A DNA stretch of 64,000 nucleotides from Thecamonas trahens ATCC 50062 (lineage: Eukaryota > Protista > Apusomonadida). The position numbers and the translations under genes are program-made. Positions 29,662 to 41,400 of this stretch are shown here, one piece after another. The notes below the pieces were generated by a model that saw only the letters and a program-made list of their open reading frames with translations, was not told the origin of the DNA and did not search any database. Every line of letters starts with the position of its first letter. The first letter of the stretch is position 1. The stretch lies in the NCBI RefSeq assembly GCF_000142905.1, contig NW_013657671.1:124001-188000 (forward strand). The letters are read 5' to 3'.

Positions 29662-30886
29662 TCACGAGGCGGCGGCGGTGGTGGCGGCGGCTGCCTCGGC
29701 AATCCGACGCTGGCGCTCCTCCTCCATGGCACGGTTGGCCTCTTCGGCGGCGACGGCGCGGGCGTCGTTGTCGGCCGCCTCGGCAGCTTCCATCGAGGCC
29801 TTGCGGCGCTTGCGCTCGGCTTCGGCGAGGCGATCGGCCTCGTTGCGGGCGGCGCGGCGCTCGAGCTCCTCGTTGGAGATCGACTTGGCCTCCTCGGCGA
29901 GGCGGCGCTTGCGCTCGGCCTCCATGGCGGCGTCTGCGGCTGACGCTGCTGACGCGCGCTCGGCCTCGTCGGCCCGGGACGCCGCATCAACAGACGCTCG
30001 GCGCCGACGCTGCTCGTCGGCGGCCATGAACGCGGCCTGCTTCTTGGACGCGGCATGGAGAAGAGCCTCGGTGGTGTCAGGTTCGAGGGCGCCTGTAGAC
30101 GATGCAAGCGCCTTCTCCACCATGCCCGACTCGATGAGGCGCTGGCGCTCAGCCTCGACCTGCTGATCGACCTCTTCCCGCGCAGCCTGCCGTTCGAGAT
30201 CGGTAGCGTATTCAGCCACCGCAATCTCAGCCATCTGCCGCTCGCGCTCTTTCTCGATGGCAGCCAGCGCCTCGACGCGGGCAGCCTTACGCTCTTCCTC
30301 GTCACGCGCAGCCGAGTTGTCGACCGACGCCCGGCGGCGGCTGCGCTCCTCCTCCATGGCCACATCTGCGGCGCGGCCAGCAGCCTTGCGCTCTTCCTCG
30401 TCACGCGCAGCCGAGTTGTCGACCGACGCCCGGCGGCGACTGCGCTCCTCCTCTTCCATCGTCGCCGCCATCCGCTTGTTTACCACTCGCATGACTTCCG
30501 TGTCGGCCTGCGAGTGATCGAAGGGGTGTGAGAAAAGGAAGGGAAAAAAAACTGAGGCCAAAAAAAGGCACGCTTTTCTGCCATGGAACAGTGTGGGGCA
30601 CAGGCATGGCAGAGGTGTGTGCGTATGTGTTTGGGGGGGAGGGGTATGGAGCGGAAGGAGGGAAGACGGCGAAGAGATCCGGGATGCGTACCGCAGCGCG
30701 GGTAGCAGCAATTGCATGGTCTGCAGCAGCGCCATGGTCTGTGTGGCGAGAGGTGCTCCCGTTCAGACACGCCCTCGTGCCAGGTGCACCCACCACAGTC
30801 TCGCAATGTTCCACACCCGTGCGTGCCGAGACGGCACGTGCTCAGCGAACCACTATTTTTCGACCATATTTCAGCTGCAAGGCCAT
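29662..30886 (-). CDS. E/R/A-rich helical repeat protein; main exon 29662-30507, probable exon 30692-30738, tentative first exon 30865-30886
   Basis: Repeated MEEERSRRRASVD motifs. Phase-consistent introns at 30508-30691 (GTACGC...CAG) and 30739-30864 (GTCGAA...CAG; weak donor, tentative). Confidence 0.6.
30290..30452 (-). repeat. Internal coding duplication (~81-bp spacing) encoding EEERSRRRASVDNSAARDEEERKAA twice
   Basis: gctcttcctcgtcacgcgcagccgagttgtcgaccgacgcccggcggcg occurs at about 30291 and about 30390. Confidence 0.75.
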
Positions 30887-30912
30887 GGTATTGATGTGCA
30901 TCCACAGTGGAT

Positions 30913-31030
30913 GTGAGTGAGTTGTGCATGTGTGTGCATGTGTGTGTGTGTGTATGTGCGTGTATGTGCATGTGTGTGTGTACGTGTGTGTGTGTGTGTG
31001 TGTGTGTGCATGTGCATGTGTGTGTGTGTG
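30913..31030. repeat. (TG)n/(TGTGCA)n microsatellite in a divergent promoter
   Basis: Directly visible dinucleotide tract. Confidence 0.9.
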
Positions 31031-31137
31031 TCGTGTGCCCGTGGTTCCGGTGTATGAGCGAGTGGTCCAGTTCTGGTCGCCAGCTGGTGACTGTGACGGT
31101 GCTCCTCTCTCGTTTTTCCCCCTCATTTCCTCCCACT

Positions 31138-32086
31138 ATGGCCACTGCTGTGCGTTCCGTGGTCAGCCGCTTCCTTGCGCGGTACTCCGGCATCGAGGGT
31201 GGAGTCCTCCTCCGCGGCAAGGTCTTCCAGCAGCTGGGGGAGAAGTATCCTTCATTTAAGAAGTTTAACAACGGTATGCTCCTTGCCCGCCCTTCTCCAC
31301 CATGCCTGCCCCCCTCCCTCCCCCCCCCCCGTCCCGTGCTCAGCGCCACGCGTCCTCTTCTCAATCATCCTACATTGGTGTTCATTCTCCCTCATCCCGG
31401 ACCCGCCACAGGGCGCACCTTGCACCACAGGGTGACCAGCACACCCCAGACCCACGACACCACTCACATTCTCCCATCGTCTCCCTTTTCCCGCTTCTCT
31501 GCGTGTTATTCCGTCATTGCCCGGCGTGTGACTGCTCGCGCTGTGGCGGGCCAATGCGGCGACAAAACGTCAACGAACGTTCGAATGGTGTTATTTCTGC
31601 TGGTGGCGTTATCGTGGGCATGACGACGATACGATTCGGCCCGGGCACTGGCTGCGCCAACGGGGCTGGCAACGGTGGCGACCGACGGCAGTGCTGACGG
31701 TGGCGCCGGCGTGGAAGTGGGGGCTGGCAGCAGTTCCGTTGTATGGGGCGGTGTCGGGCGATGTGCAGGTGGAGAACATCGACCTCAAGACCTCGGGCGC
31801 GCTCTCGCTGACAGGCATTGTCTGGGCGTACTACGGCATGCTTGTTCGACCGACGGCGTACTTGCTGGTCGCCGTCAACATGGCGCTTCTGGCGGTCAAC
31901 GGGACCAACGTTGCCCGCAAGGTCATGTACAACCGCGAGCTGGCGGCGGCGACCGACCTCTCGGTGGTCGACACCCTCCAGGTGATCCCGGCGCCGGCGC
32001 TGACTGCGGTTCCTGCAGCCGACGTCACCGTCGTCACGCCGAGTGTGACCGTGGCCGAGAGCGACGTGGCCGATGCCGACAAGTAA
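31138..32086 (+). CDS. Mitochondrial pyruvate carrier family protein (MPC2-like); exons 31138-31273 and 31692-32086
   Basis: Spliced ..KKFNN|VLTVAPAWKWGLAAVPLYG...ENIDLKTSGALSLTGIVWAYYGMLVRPTAYLLVAVN matches the MPC pattern. Intron 31274-31691 is GTATGC...CAG, phase 1. Confidence 0.8.
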
Positions 32087-32103
32087 AGTTGCAATTTTGA
32101 GAT

Positions 32104-33423
32104 TTACTCGGCGCTCAGCGGCTTGGCCCTCTTGGCCGGCGCGGCGCCGTCGTCATCGCTGGGCGCGGCAGGAGAAGCCGCCGCTGCTGCGGCAGCAGCG
32201 CGGACGCCACTGCGTTGGCGTTTGCGGGCGGTGCGGCGCATGGAGGCCTTGCGGGCCTTAGCAGCGGCGATCTCCTCGGCGGTGGGCGCCGACGGGTCGT
32301 CCGCGAGCGGCATTGACTTGTGGCCGGCAAGGACAAAGCCCGAGGTGTTGTGGAACGAGACCTCCGGGTGGGTCCGGTCGGGGAGAACCTGCTGCGGGCG
32401 GAGGAATGTGTGCGAGAGGCGGAGGGCGATAGCCGAGTCGGTCTCGACCAGCCATTGGAAGCAGGCGACCAGCGGCTCAGCGTAGGAGAAGAAGATGGCA
32501 AACGGCTCGCCGAGGCCGAGGATCGGGTAGATGGCCTGAAGGACCGGAAGAGGATCGTCCTGTGGCACCATCAGTAGGCCGTGGGCTGTGCCCTCGGCCA
32601 GCGGCAGCGGCGCAAGCTCGGCCGCCAGCTCCGGGTTGACCAGAGCCTCCAGCTGCGTGGTGACGAGCGGGGCGAGGATGGGCGAGTCTCCGCCTTGCGC
32701 CCAGTGCATGATGGAGAGGCTGTGGAGCTGCGGCGAGGCACAGCGACCGTAGTTGACGACCTTGCCGTGGCCGCCGCACCGCTCCAGAACGGCACCGGTG
32801 AGCAGGCCGTTTGTGCCGTCTACAATTGCATACGAGGCGCCGGCGCGGACGTTGGCAGCAGTCAGCATGTACGCCAGAGCGTCCGGGCGGAGGAAGCAGA
32901 GCTTGCGCGGCGAGCGATCAAAGAGGGCGTCGGCGACGCGTGCGGCGGTGGCCTTGTACGCGGTGAGGACGTACTCGTACTTTTGCTTCTTCTTGACAAT
33001 GTACTTTGCCTGGGAGAAAGCGGTCTTGGAGTCGTAGGCGGCGTGCGACTCGACGAGCTGACCGATGATCTCCTCCACCGGCTTGCCCTCCTCGCGCATG
33101 GCCTGGATGGCCTCTGCCGACATGGTCTGCTCCTCCTTGAGCTTGATGTGGCGATTGTCACCGATAACCCCATCCTCCGGCGCACTGATCTCTGTCAGCT
33201 CTGTATCCGTAGCCACTGAGCTCATCCGCACCATCTCCGAGCCCACCAGATGGAACATGCTCCCGTACGGCTCGCCGACCAGACCCGCCAGAGTTGCCCC
33301 ATTCTTCTTCTTCCCCATCCGCAGACTGGTGGAGGCAGAGGCCTTCTTGATCATATAGAAGCCCTTGTTCGACCACAGCACAACCTGCTCACCCTCAGAG
33401 ATGACATTGTCCTTGCTCTCCAT
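32104..33423 (-). CDS. TRM6: tRNA (adenine58-N1)-methyltransferase non-catalytic subunit TRM6/Gcd10
   Basis: LVGEPYGSMF, GDNRHI, QTMSAEAIQAMR, KTAFSQAKYIVKKKQKY, LRPDALAYMLTAANV, LRPQQVLPDRTHP..SGFVLAG; ATG at 33423. Confidence 0.92.
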   Translation of the reverse strand: MESKDNVISEGEQVVLWSNKGFYMIKKASASTSLRMGKKKNGATLAGLVGEPYGSMFHLVGSEMVRMSSVATDTELTEISAPEDGVIGDNRHIKLKEEQTMSAEAIQAMREEGKPVEEIIGQLVESHAAYDSKTAFSQAKYIVKKKQKYEYVLTAYKATAARVADALFDRSPRKLCFLRPDALAYMLTAANVRAGASYAIVDGTNGLLTGAVLERCGGHGKVVNYGRCASPQLHSLSIMHWAQGGDSPILAPLVTTQLEALVNPELAAELAPLPLAEGTAHGLLMVPQDDPLPVLQAIYPILGLGEPFAIFFSYAEPLVACFQWLVETDSAIALRLSHTFLRPQQVLPDRTHPEVSFHNTSGFVLAGHKSMPLADDPSAPTAEEIAAAKARKASMRRTARKRQRSGVRAAAAAAAASPAAPSDDDGAAPAKRAKPLSAE

Positions 33424-33621
33424 CCTGCCCCTCTCCAACCTCTCCTACTCTCCGTCTCTCTCGAGTCTGAGCGGTGAAGTGGTCGTCGGTCGGCGACAAC
33501 GAGCCCTGCCACTGTCCGGTCTTGCCCGTCCCGTCTTGACTGACCGCTCATTCGACCAGTCGGATAGCCACGGGGCCTGGGCCTGGGCCAGGAACGGGAT
33601 GGGGAGGGAGGGAGTGGGGAA

Positions 33622-33831
33622 CAGTGTGTGGTGATGGCGGGATGGGGAGGGAGGGAGGAGGGGGATCTAGGGTGATGGTATCAGTGTGTGGTGATGGCGG
33701 GATGGGGAGGGAGGGAGGAGGGGGATCTAGGGTGATGGTATCAGTGTGTGGTGATGGCGGGATGGGGAGGGAGGGAGGAGGGGGATCTAGGGTGATGGTA
33801 TCAGTGTGTGGCGATGGCGGGATGGGGAGGG
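33622..33831. repeat. 60-bp G-rich minisatellite, about 3.5 near-perfect copies
   Basis: Unit cagtgtgtggtgatggcgggatggggagggagggaggagggggatctagggtgatggtat at 33622, 33682 and 33742, with a partial copy at 33802. Confidence 0.95.
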
Positions 33832-34239
33832 GGCGAGGGGGTTGGGAATTGGCGCTGCGTGGGGTGCTGGACATGGTGTGGTGGTGATGATGAGATGAGG
33901 ACGATTATGTTGACTGCTGATAAGGGCATGATCGGCGCGCGCGCGCGTGTGTGTGTGAGGAGGGGGAGATGGATCATACTTGTGTGTTCGAGATGATGTG
34001 GTGGTGATGAGGGTGGAAGTGATTGGAGGCAGTGGGAGGTGGTGTTCATGGGCCATGGTGACCAGGCTTTGGCCTCTGGCTTGGCTGTGGCGACCTGGCG
34101 ACCACAGGCGAGTGCGACCACCACCGAAGGTCGCCCGCCGACCACCTGACCACCCAAGCCGACGACCTGTGGCCACACCCGTCCACCCCACCCCTTCTTC
34201 CACACCCCCCACACCCCCACCCTCCCCCCCACCCACCCC

Positions 34240-35490
34240 ATGCACTCGCCCACCCCCTCGCCGCCGGCCACCGTCACCCTTGCCGTGGCTGACCTGTCCG
34301 GTCGTACCGTCGCCCTCGCCCTCGCCCCGCCGGCTACCTATGCCACAGCAACTGCTGCTGCTGCTGATGCGCTGGGCGTGGTGGAGGCCATGCGTCTGCT
34401 CCCGCCACCGCCGCATCCAATGCCCTCCGGTCACACCGATGAGCTTGTTCCTGATGTCTTTGTCGGACCGGGCGCTCCACCGCTGCTCGCTGTCATGGCT
34501 CGTCCGCCGGTCGACCCGCCGCCGCCAGAGCCCGGCCTGCCGCCGTCAATGGACGAAGTCATGCGCGTCACCTCCGCCGCCATCGATGACGACGATGCCT
34601 CGCTCGATCGTGCACATAACGTGTGCGCCTCGGTCCGTGAGCTCGTCTCCTCGCTCCTTGGCATTCCTGTCGACGCGCTCGACGCCGACGAGGCGTCACA
34701 GGACGTTCATGCCTCATCGACGCCACAGCCGGCTCGAGTCCCGCCACCGGTTGCTGCTGGCCCACTTGCTGCCCTCACTGACATGGGCTTCCCCGAAGCC
34801 CACGCCCGCAAGGCGCTCATGCTCGCCGGCGACTCGGTTGCTCGCGCCATGGAGTGGCTGCTACTGCACGAGGGCGATCCCTCGCTTGACGCCCCACTCT
34901 CCGAAGAAGAGCTCCAGCGCGTCGGCGTACTGGCTCCCTCCGCTGCAGCTGACGCAAGTGCCACGGGCGCAATCGCTGCGCCACCACCATCGTCTGCTGG
35001 TGACGCTGCCGGCGAGCCCTCTGTGTCCGAGCACACTGAATCGCTTGACGCAGACCCCTTCCAGCCCAACGCAGACATCCTGGCCTCGATCCGTGACATG
35101 GGCTTTCCCGATGATGACATTATCGCCGCCCTTCGCGCTACCGACAACCACGAGGAGGCCACCGTAGCCTGGCTCCTTGGCGACTTTGACACTGCCGACG
35201 CGCTCGTCGCGGCACGGCGGCCCGGCGCGAACGAGGGTGCTCCAAGCGATGGTAGCCTGGGCGTAGACGACGTTACGCCATCAATCGACACGCAGTCGCC
35301 TATTGTCCAGGCCATTGTCAACAATCCAACCATCCAGGCCGGCCTGCGCAAGCCACACGTCCTTCAGGCCTTCCACATGCTGCTGACAGACCCGTCGTCG
35401 GCGGTGCAACTGATCAACGACCCCGAGGTCGGACCCATCCTTCTCCGCATTCACACCATCATCTCCAACCTCGCTGCCCGCACCCACTAG
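34240..35490 (+). CDS. UBAC1: UBAC1/KPC2-like protein (degenerate Ubl, two UBA domains, STI1-like C-terminus)
   Basis: UBA1 LTDMGFPEAHARKALMLAGDSVARAMEWLLLHEGDPSLD; UBA2 IRDMGF...ALRATDNHEEATVAWLLGD; C-terminus SPIVQAIVNNPTIQAGL...INDPEVGPILLRI. Confidence 0.82.
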   Translation: MHSPTPSPPATVTLAVADLSGRTVALALAPPATYATATAAAADALGVVEAMRLLPPPPHPMPSGHTDELVPDVFVGPGAPPLLAVMARPPVDPPPPEPGLPPSMDEVMRVTSAAIDDDDASLDRAHNVCASVRELVSSLLGIPVDALDADEASQDVHASSTPQPARVPPPVAAGPLAALTDMGFPEAHARKALMLAGDSVARAMEWLLLHEGDPSLDAPLSEEELQRVGVLAPSAAADASATGAIAAPPPSSAGDAAGEPSVSEHTESLDADPFQPNADILASIRDMGFPDDDIIAALRATDNHEEATVAWLLGDFDTADALVAARRPGANEGAPSDGSLGVDDVTPSIDTQSPIVQAIVNNPTIQAGLRKPHVLQAFHMLLTDPSSAVQLINDPEVGPILLRIHTIISNLAARTH

Positions 35491-35498
35491 CCGCGGTT

Positions 35499-38400
35499 TT
35501 ACTCGTTCACCTCGTGGACGTGATGCATGTCGTGCGCCTTGCACCACTCGAGGCCGGCAATGGCCCGCAGCTTCTGCAGCTGCTTCATCGAGTAGTTGGC
35601 TGCGCCGAACTGGACCGACACCTCGAGCTCGTTCCCGGCGCGAGAGACCGTAAACGCCTCGGTCTCACCGGGGAACGCGTGCGACATAATAACCATAAAA
35701 TCCGGCTTTGAGTTGGTCGGCATGCCGCCAACCGCCGTGATGGCGTCACCAACGAGCAGCCCCGCGGCCTCGGCAGCCTTGCCGGTCCGCAACTCCTTGA
35801 TCACCACTCCTGTCGATGCCGTGTCGACCACCACACACCCGAGCTGCGGCTTGAGCCCGAGAAGAATCTTCCGCGCCTTGTCGCGCCTCTCGGTCTCGGG
35901 GTCGGGCTGCGGCTCGGCTGCTGGCACCGATGCGCTGGCACCGGCAGTGCGCTCGTCGTCGTCGCTGTCGGTGTCGGCATCATCGAGCGCAAGCACCTCA
36001 AGCTTCGACTTGTCCACCTTTGCGGCCGGTGGTGCCATCGCAAGCGGCCCATTCAGCGCGGCATCCACTTGTGCCTTGGTGGCGCTCGAGCGATGCTCAA
36101 AGACCTTGGCTCCTGCCTCCGCTTGGAGCGCACTTGCCGCAGCCATAGCTGCCCGAAACGCGGCCAGCTGTTCTGAGCGCACGCAGCCAGAAGCGGCCGA
36201 GCTGGAGGCGGCCCTTACCGCCAGCGGCGAACCTTGCTCTCCGTCAGCGTCGGCTGCATCATCCACAGCGACACTCGTCACATCGGGCACAGCCATGTCC
36301 TGGCCCAAGAACGAGCCACGCGCACCTGCAGCCGTCGCACGGCCGATGGTTGCGGCAGCGACGTGCCACCAGGTAAATGCAGCCGCGAGCGCGGCGCGCC
36401 ACGCAGGAACGTCGGCTGGCGAGCTCGGTGTGAGCGTGTAGCGGATATCCGGACAGCCGTTGCTACGACCCGGCACCACAAAGACGAGTACATGACCGTC
36501 CGCTGCAATTGTGCCCTCGAAAGCTCCGCCGTCGAGGCGGACTGCGTTCTCGACGCCAGCATCGGTAGCCGCCGAAGAGTACAACAGGAGGATGTTGTGA
36601 CGGACTGCGGCGTAGCCATACGGCTTGGAGACGTCTGCAGAGACGGCCAGAGCCACACCGCCGTCGCATGCAGGAAGGCCACCAGCATCGGCATCACTTT
36701 TGGTCACGCCATAGGCGGCAAGAGCGAGCTCGAGGTCCGAGTCAAACGCATCGTGAACAGCGCGCATGGTCGGGACGAGGGCGGCCGTCGGCACAAACCG
36801 AGTCCCCTTTTCAGCAGCCGCAGCCAACTCGGCCTCGAGCTCGGCGACACGATCGCGGAGAGTGGTCAGCGCGGCTACATCATCAGCGTGGGCAAGCGAG
36901 TATACCTCCTCAAGGGCGGCCAGTTCGGTCTCAAGAGCGGCGATCTGGTCGGCTTCTGTAGCTGCGGTCGACTGGGCCTCAGCCAGCGAGCGCGAGAGCT
37001 CCTCAACATGCTCGGTGTCACGAGCCTGGATGGCATCTAGCTCGGCGTGGGTGGCGTCGAGCTTGGAAGTGAGGGAAACCAGGCGCTCTTGCATATCAGC
37101 AATGCGGGCATCGTCAGCCTCGCGCAGTCGAGCAAGCTCATCCTCGAGCTCGGCGATGCGTGCGCGAAGCTCGGCATCAGAAGACTCCATCTCGGCCTTG
37201 AGAGCGGCAAGTTCGGCCTCAAGCTCAGCGATGCGATTCTGGTCCGCATCTTGGAGAGCAGAAAGCTCGGTGTGCATGGCAGCAAGCTGAGCCTTATTGC
37301 TCTCGAGCTCGAGCTCGGCCTGAGAGACCTTGGAGGCAAGCTTGGTCGACTCGTCGTCGGCCTCAGTCTCCAGGTCGGCAATGCGAGCATCGCGTGCAGC
37401 CAGAGTCTCTGTCAGCTCGGCGATTCGGGCATCGCGGTCAGCAATGATAGACAGCTCCGTCTCGGCGGCAGCAAGCTTCTCTTGCACCTCGGCCAGCTCC
37501 GCCTCGAGTGCAGTGATCCGCTCGGCATCATCCTCCTTGGTCGACGCCAGCTCCGCCTCGAGTGCAGTGATCCGCTCGGCATCACCCTCCTTGGTCGAAG
37601 CCAGCTCCGCCTCGGCGGCTGCAAGCTTCTCCTGCACCTCGACCAGCTCCGCCTCGAGTGCAGTGATCCGCTCGGCATCACCCTCCTTGGTCGACGCCAG
37701 CTCGGCCTCGGCGGCAGCAAGCTTCTCCTGCACCTCGCCAGCTCCGCCTCGAGTGTAGTGATCCGCTTGGTATCATCCTCCTTGGTCGACGCCAGCTCCG
37801 CCTCGGCGGCAGCAAGCTTCTCCTGCACCTCAGACAGCTCCGCCTCGAGTGTAGTGATCCGCTTGGTATCATCCTCCTTGGTCGACGCCAGCTCCGCCTC
37901 GAGGGCGGTGATCCGCTCGGCATCGCCCTCCTTGGTCGACGCCAGCTCCGCCTCGAGGGCGGTAATCCGCTCGGCATCGCCCTCCTTGGTCGACGCCAGC
38001 TCGGTATCGGCGGCAGCAAGCTTCTCCTGCACCTCAGACAGCTCCGCCTCGAGTGTAGTGATCCGCTCGGCATCACCCTCCTTGGTCGACGCCAGCTCCG
38101 CCTCGGCGGCAGCAAGCTTCTCCTGCACCTCAGACAGCTCCGCCTCGAGTGTAGTGATCCGCTTGGCATCGCCCTCCTTGGTCGACGCCAGCTCCGCCTC
38201 GAGTGCAGTGATCCGCTTGGCATCACCCTCCTTGGTCGAAGCCAGCTCCGCCTCGGCGGCAGCAAGCTTCTCCTGCACCTCAGCCAGCTCCGCCTCGAGT
38301 GTAGTGATCCGCTTGGTATCATCCTCCTTGGTCGACGCCAGCTCGGCCTCAAGCGCAGTGATACGCTCGGCATCGCCCTCCTTGGTCGACGCCAGCTCGG

Positions 38401-41400
38401 CCTCGAGTGCAGTGATCCGCTCGGCATCACCCTCCTTGGTCGACGCCAGCTCGGTATCGGCGGCAGCAAGCTTCTCCTGCACCTCAGCCAGCTCCGCCTC
38501 GAGTGTAGTGATCCGCTCGGCATCGCCCTCCTTGGTCGATGCCAGATCCGCCTCGAGGGCGGAGATCCGCTCGGCATCGCCCTCCTTGGTCGATGCCAGA
38601 TCCGCCTCGAGGGCGGTGATCCGCTTGGTATCATCCTCCTTGGTCGACGCCAGCTCGGCCTCGAGGGCGGTGATCCGCTCGGCATCACCCTCCTTGGTCG
38701 AAGCCAGCTCCGCCTCGAGTGCAGTGATCCGCTCGGCATCGCCCTCCTTGGTCGAAGCCAGCTCCGCCTCGGCGGCAGCAAGCTTCTCCTGCACCTCAGC
38801 CAGCTCCGCCTCGAGTGTAGTGATCCGCTTGGTATCATCCTCCTTGGTCGACGCCAGCTCGGCCTCAAGCGCAGTGATACGCTCGCCGTCACTCTGCTTC
38901 ACCTCTGCCAGCTTCACCTCGGTCACAGCCAACTTCTCCCGTGCACCGGCAAGCTCTGCCTGGACGTCACCAAGCCGTCCTTGCAGCAGATCAGCTCGGT
39001 CTGTCGCACCCTGGATCCGCTTCTCTGCAGCCTCCAATCGAGTCTCTCCATCGCGCTCCACAGCAGCAACCTTGGCCTCGAGTCTTGACACTTCGTCCTC
39101 GAGCCCACTAACCCGCCTTTCGGAGCCGGCGCACGTAGTTTCCAGCCCAGCCACAGTCTTCCTCAGCCCCACAATCTCCGCCTCTAGGCCTTCGGCCTGC
39201 ATCTTGCTTTCCCCTCGAACGCGTGCCAGTTCATCCTCGAGCTCGACGATGCGCGCTTTGCTCTTCTGCCGCGCTTCCGCGAGCTCCTCATCCAGCTCCG
39301 CAATCCGACGCGCCTCGGTTGCCCGGCTCAGCTCCACCTCGGACTTGACCCGCGACAGGTGTTCGGCCTCCTCGACCTTGACCTGCTCAAACTTGGCCAC
39401 AGACACCGCTTCCGCGTCGACCACCTCGGCCTCCAGCGCGCTGATCCGTTTCGCCGACGTAGTCCGTTCGAGTGCTAGCTCGGCCTCGAGCTCGCCAATC
39501 TTCGCCAGCGACTTCACTCTGGCCTCCGAAAGCTCGGTCTCGAGCTGCGAGATCCGCTGCGCAGCTGATGCCTTGACATCGCCAAGCTCGGCCTCCAACT
39601 GGCTGATCTTGGCCTGGCTGGTCGCGGCTGCAGTACGCAGCTCTTCCCGTATCCGCGCGTTCTCCTCCTTTGCGGCTGCCACCAGACCTTGAAGCTCGCT
39701 GACAGTCTCACCGTGTCGCGCCCGCTCGGCGGAACGATCCGCATCGAGCCGGGCTACCCGGCTCGCTGCATCTTCCTCGCTGCAAGTTGCCTTCTTCGCT
39801 AACGCAGCTGCCTCGGCCTCGCTCCGACCCAGCGATGCGAGCGCTGTCGCGAGCTCACCTTCAGCCTCTCCCGCTCGCTTCTTCGCCGCGGAAAGCTCGC
39901 CGCTCACTTCAGCAAGCTCGCTCTCTACGCGTGCAAGCTTGGTTGCTTGAATCTTCAGCTCACGCTTGGCTCCACTAAGCTCTGCACCCAGTTGAGCTTC
40001 ACGTCCCTCGAGCTCAGCACGCGCCTCCACCCACTTGGTCCGCGCTGTTGCAAGCTCATCTTCTGCTCTGCAGATCTTCTCCTTTCCAGCAGCCAACTCG
40101 GCCTCAAGCTCGCTTCGCGAACGCACAGCTGCCCGTGCTTCAGCCTCGGCTCGAGCCTTCAACTCGTCGACTTCGGTCGCAAGCCGCGCCGCATTCGCCC
40201 GCTCATTCGCACGATCGCCGGAAACCTTCCGCGCCTCGTCACGCGCAGCGTCCACGTCGCCCTGAAGGCGCGTCTTGACTTCTGCAGCGCTTGCCTCGGT
40301 AGCCGCGAGTCGGTTGCTCAACCGGCTGTTCTCGTCAACCGTCAGCTCGACCTGCTTTCGCAGCCCAGCCAATTCGGCTTCCAGGCCGGCCACACGCTCC
40401 TTACTTGCAGCCATACATTGCGCTGCTTCGTCGCGCGCATGCGAGGCATCCGCACGCGCCTGAGACAGCGAGCTAGTCAAGCCAGCCACTTCGTCGACAA
40501 GACCATCACGGCGCGCCTCCAATCGTGCGCATTTCTCCTCTAGCGCTCCAGCATGCACACGCAGCTCGCGCTCGCGCTCCTGGCTTTCTTGGCAGGCAGT
40601 CCGGAACCGGTTCGACTCGGCCTCGGCCGTGGCGACTCGCTCTCGTAGCGACACGCCTTCCGCCACAGCTCCCGCGCACGCAGCTCGTACCTCCTCCAAC
40701 GCACTTGCTTTGGCATCCAGGTCGATGCGCGTCCGCGCAAGCTTGCTCTCTGTCTGCACTAGTTCCTCGCGGAGCGTGCTCACTTCTCGACGCGCCGCCG
40801 CCAGGCTCGTCGCTTCGCTGGCACTCTGCGCACTAAGCTCACGCACTTGGAGCGCTATCTCCATCTTGGCCGCACTCTCGCGCCCACTGGTCTCCTCCAA
40901 CTTGGCCACCGCTGATGCCAGTCCGCTCCGCTCCGTCTCCGCTACGCTCAGCTTAGCCTTGGTTGCGCCAAACGCAGTCATCGCTTCCTCATGCTCGCTC
41001 CGTGCAGCTGCCAGTCGCGCCTCAGCCTGCTCCTCCCGCGCCTCGCTCGATGCCCGCGCCCTGCGCTCAGCCTCGAGAAGGCTTTCGGCCTCGCGCACCA
41101 ACCGCCGCAGCTCGCTCACCTCGCCTGCTTGCTGATCCACCACATCCCGAAGCTTACGAATGCTCTCGTCGGCAGCCCGCGCTTGCGCCTTCAGCTGCTC
41201 GCGGAGCTGGCTGACGAGCTGGCGTTCACGCGCAACCGTGTCGTCTCGCTCAGACAGGCTCGCCATCAGCCCATCCCGCGACGCTTCTAGCCCGGCTGCC
41301 CGTGCCAATGCCTCGTGCAACGACTGGCGCAGCTCGCCCTCGCGTGCCGTGCCAGCAACAGCTTCCTCGCGTGCAGCGACTGCACGCGCCTGAAGCTCGG

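Noticed and set aside
29541-29662. Joining the E/R-rich gene and the ECTFxP-repeat gene into one CDS
   Set aside because: There is an in-frame TAG just upstream of ATG 29541, a clean TGA at 29662, and no convincing splice sites.
30480-31623. ORFs through the (TG)n tract (His/Thr or Cys/Val repeats)
   Set aside because: These are microsatellite translation artefacts; the real exons are accounted for by the two divergent spliced genes.
33548-33887. ORFs across the 60-bp minisatellite
   Set aside because: They are open only because of the repeat, and show no coding signature.
37455-38885. Repeat array as a possible CRISPR
   Set aside because: There are no unique spacers, unit lengths are multiples of 3 inside a CDS, no cas genes are present, and the context is eukaryotic.
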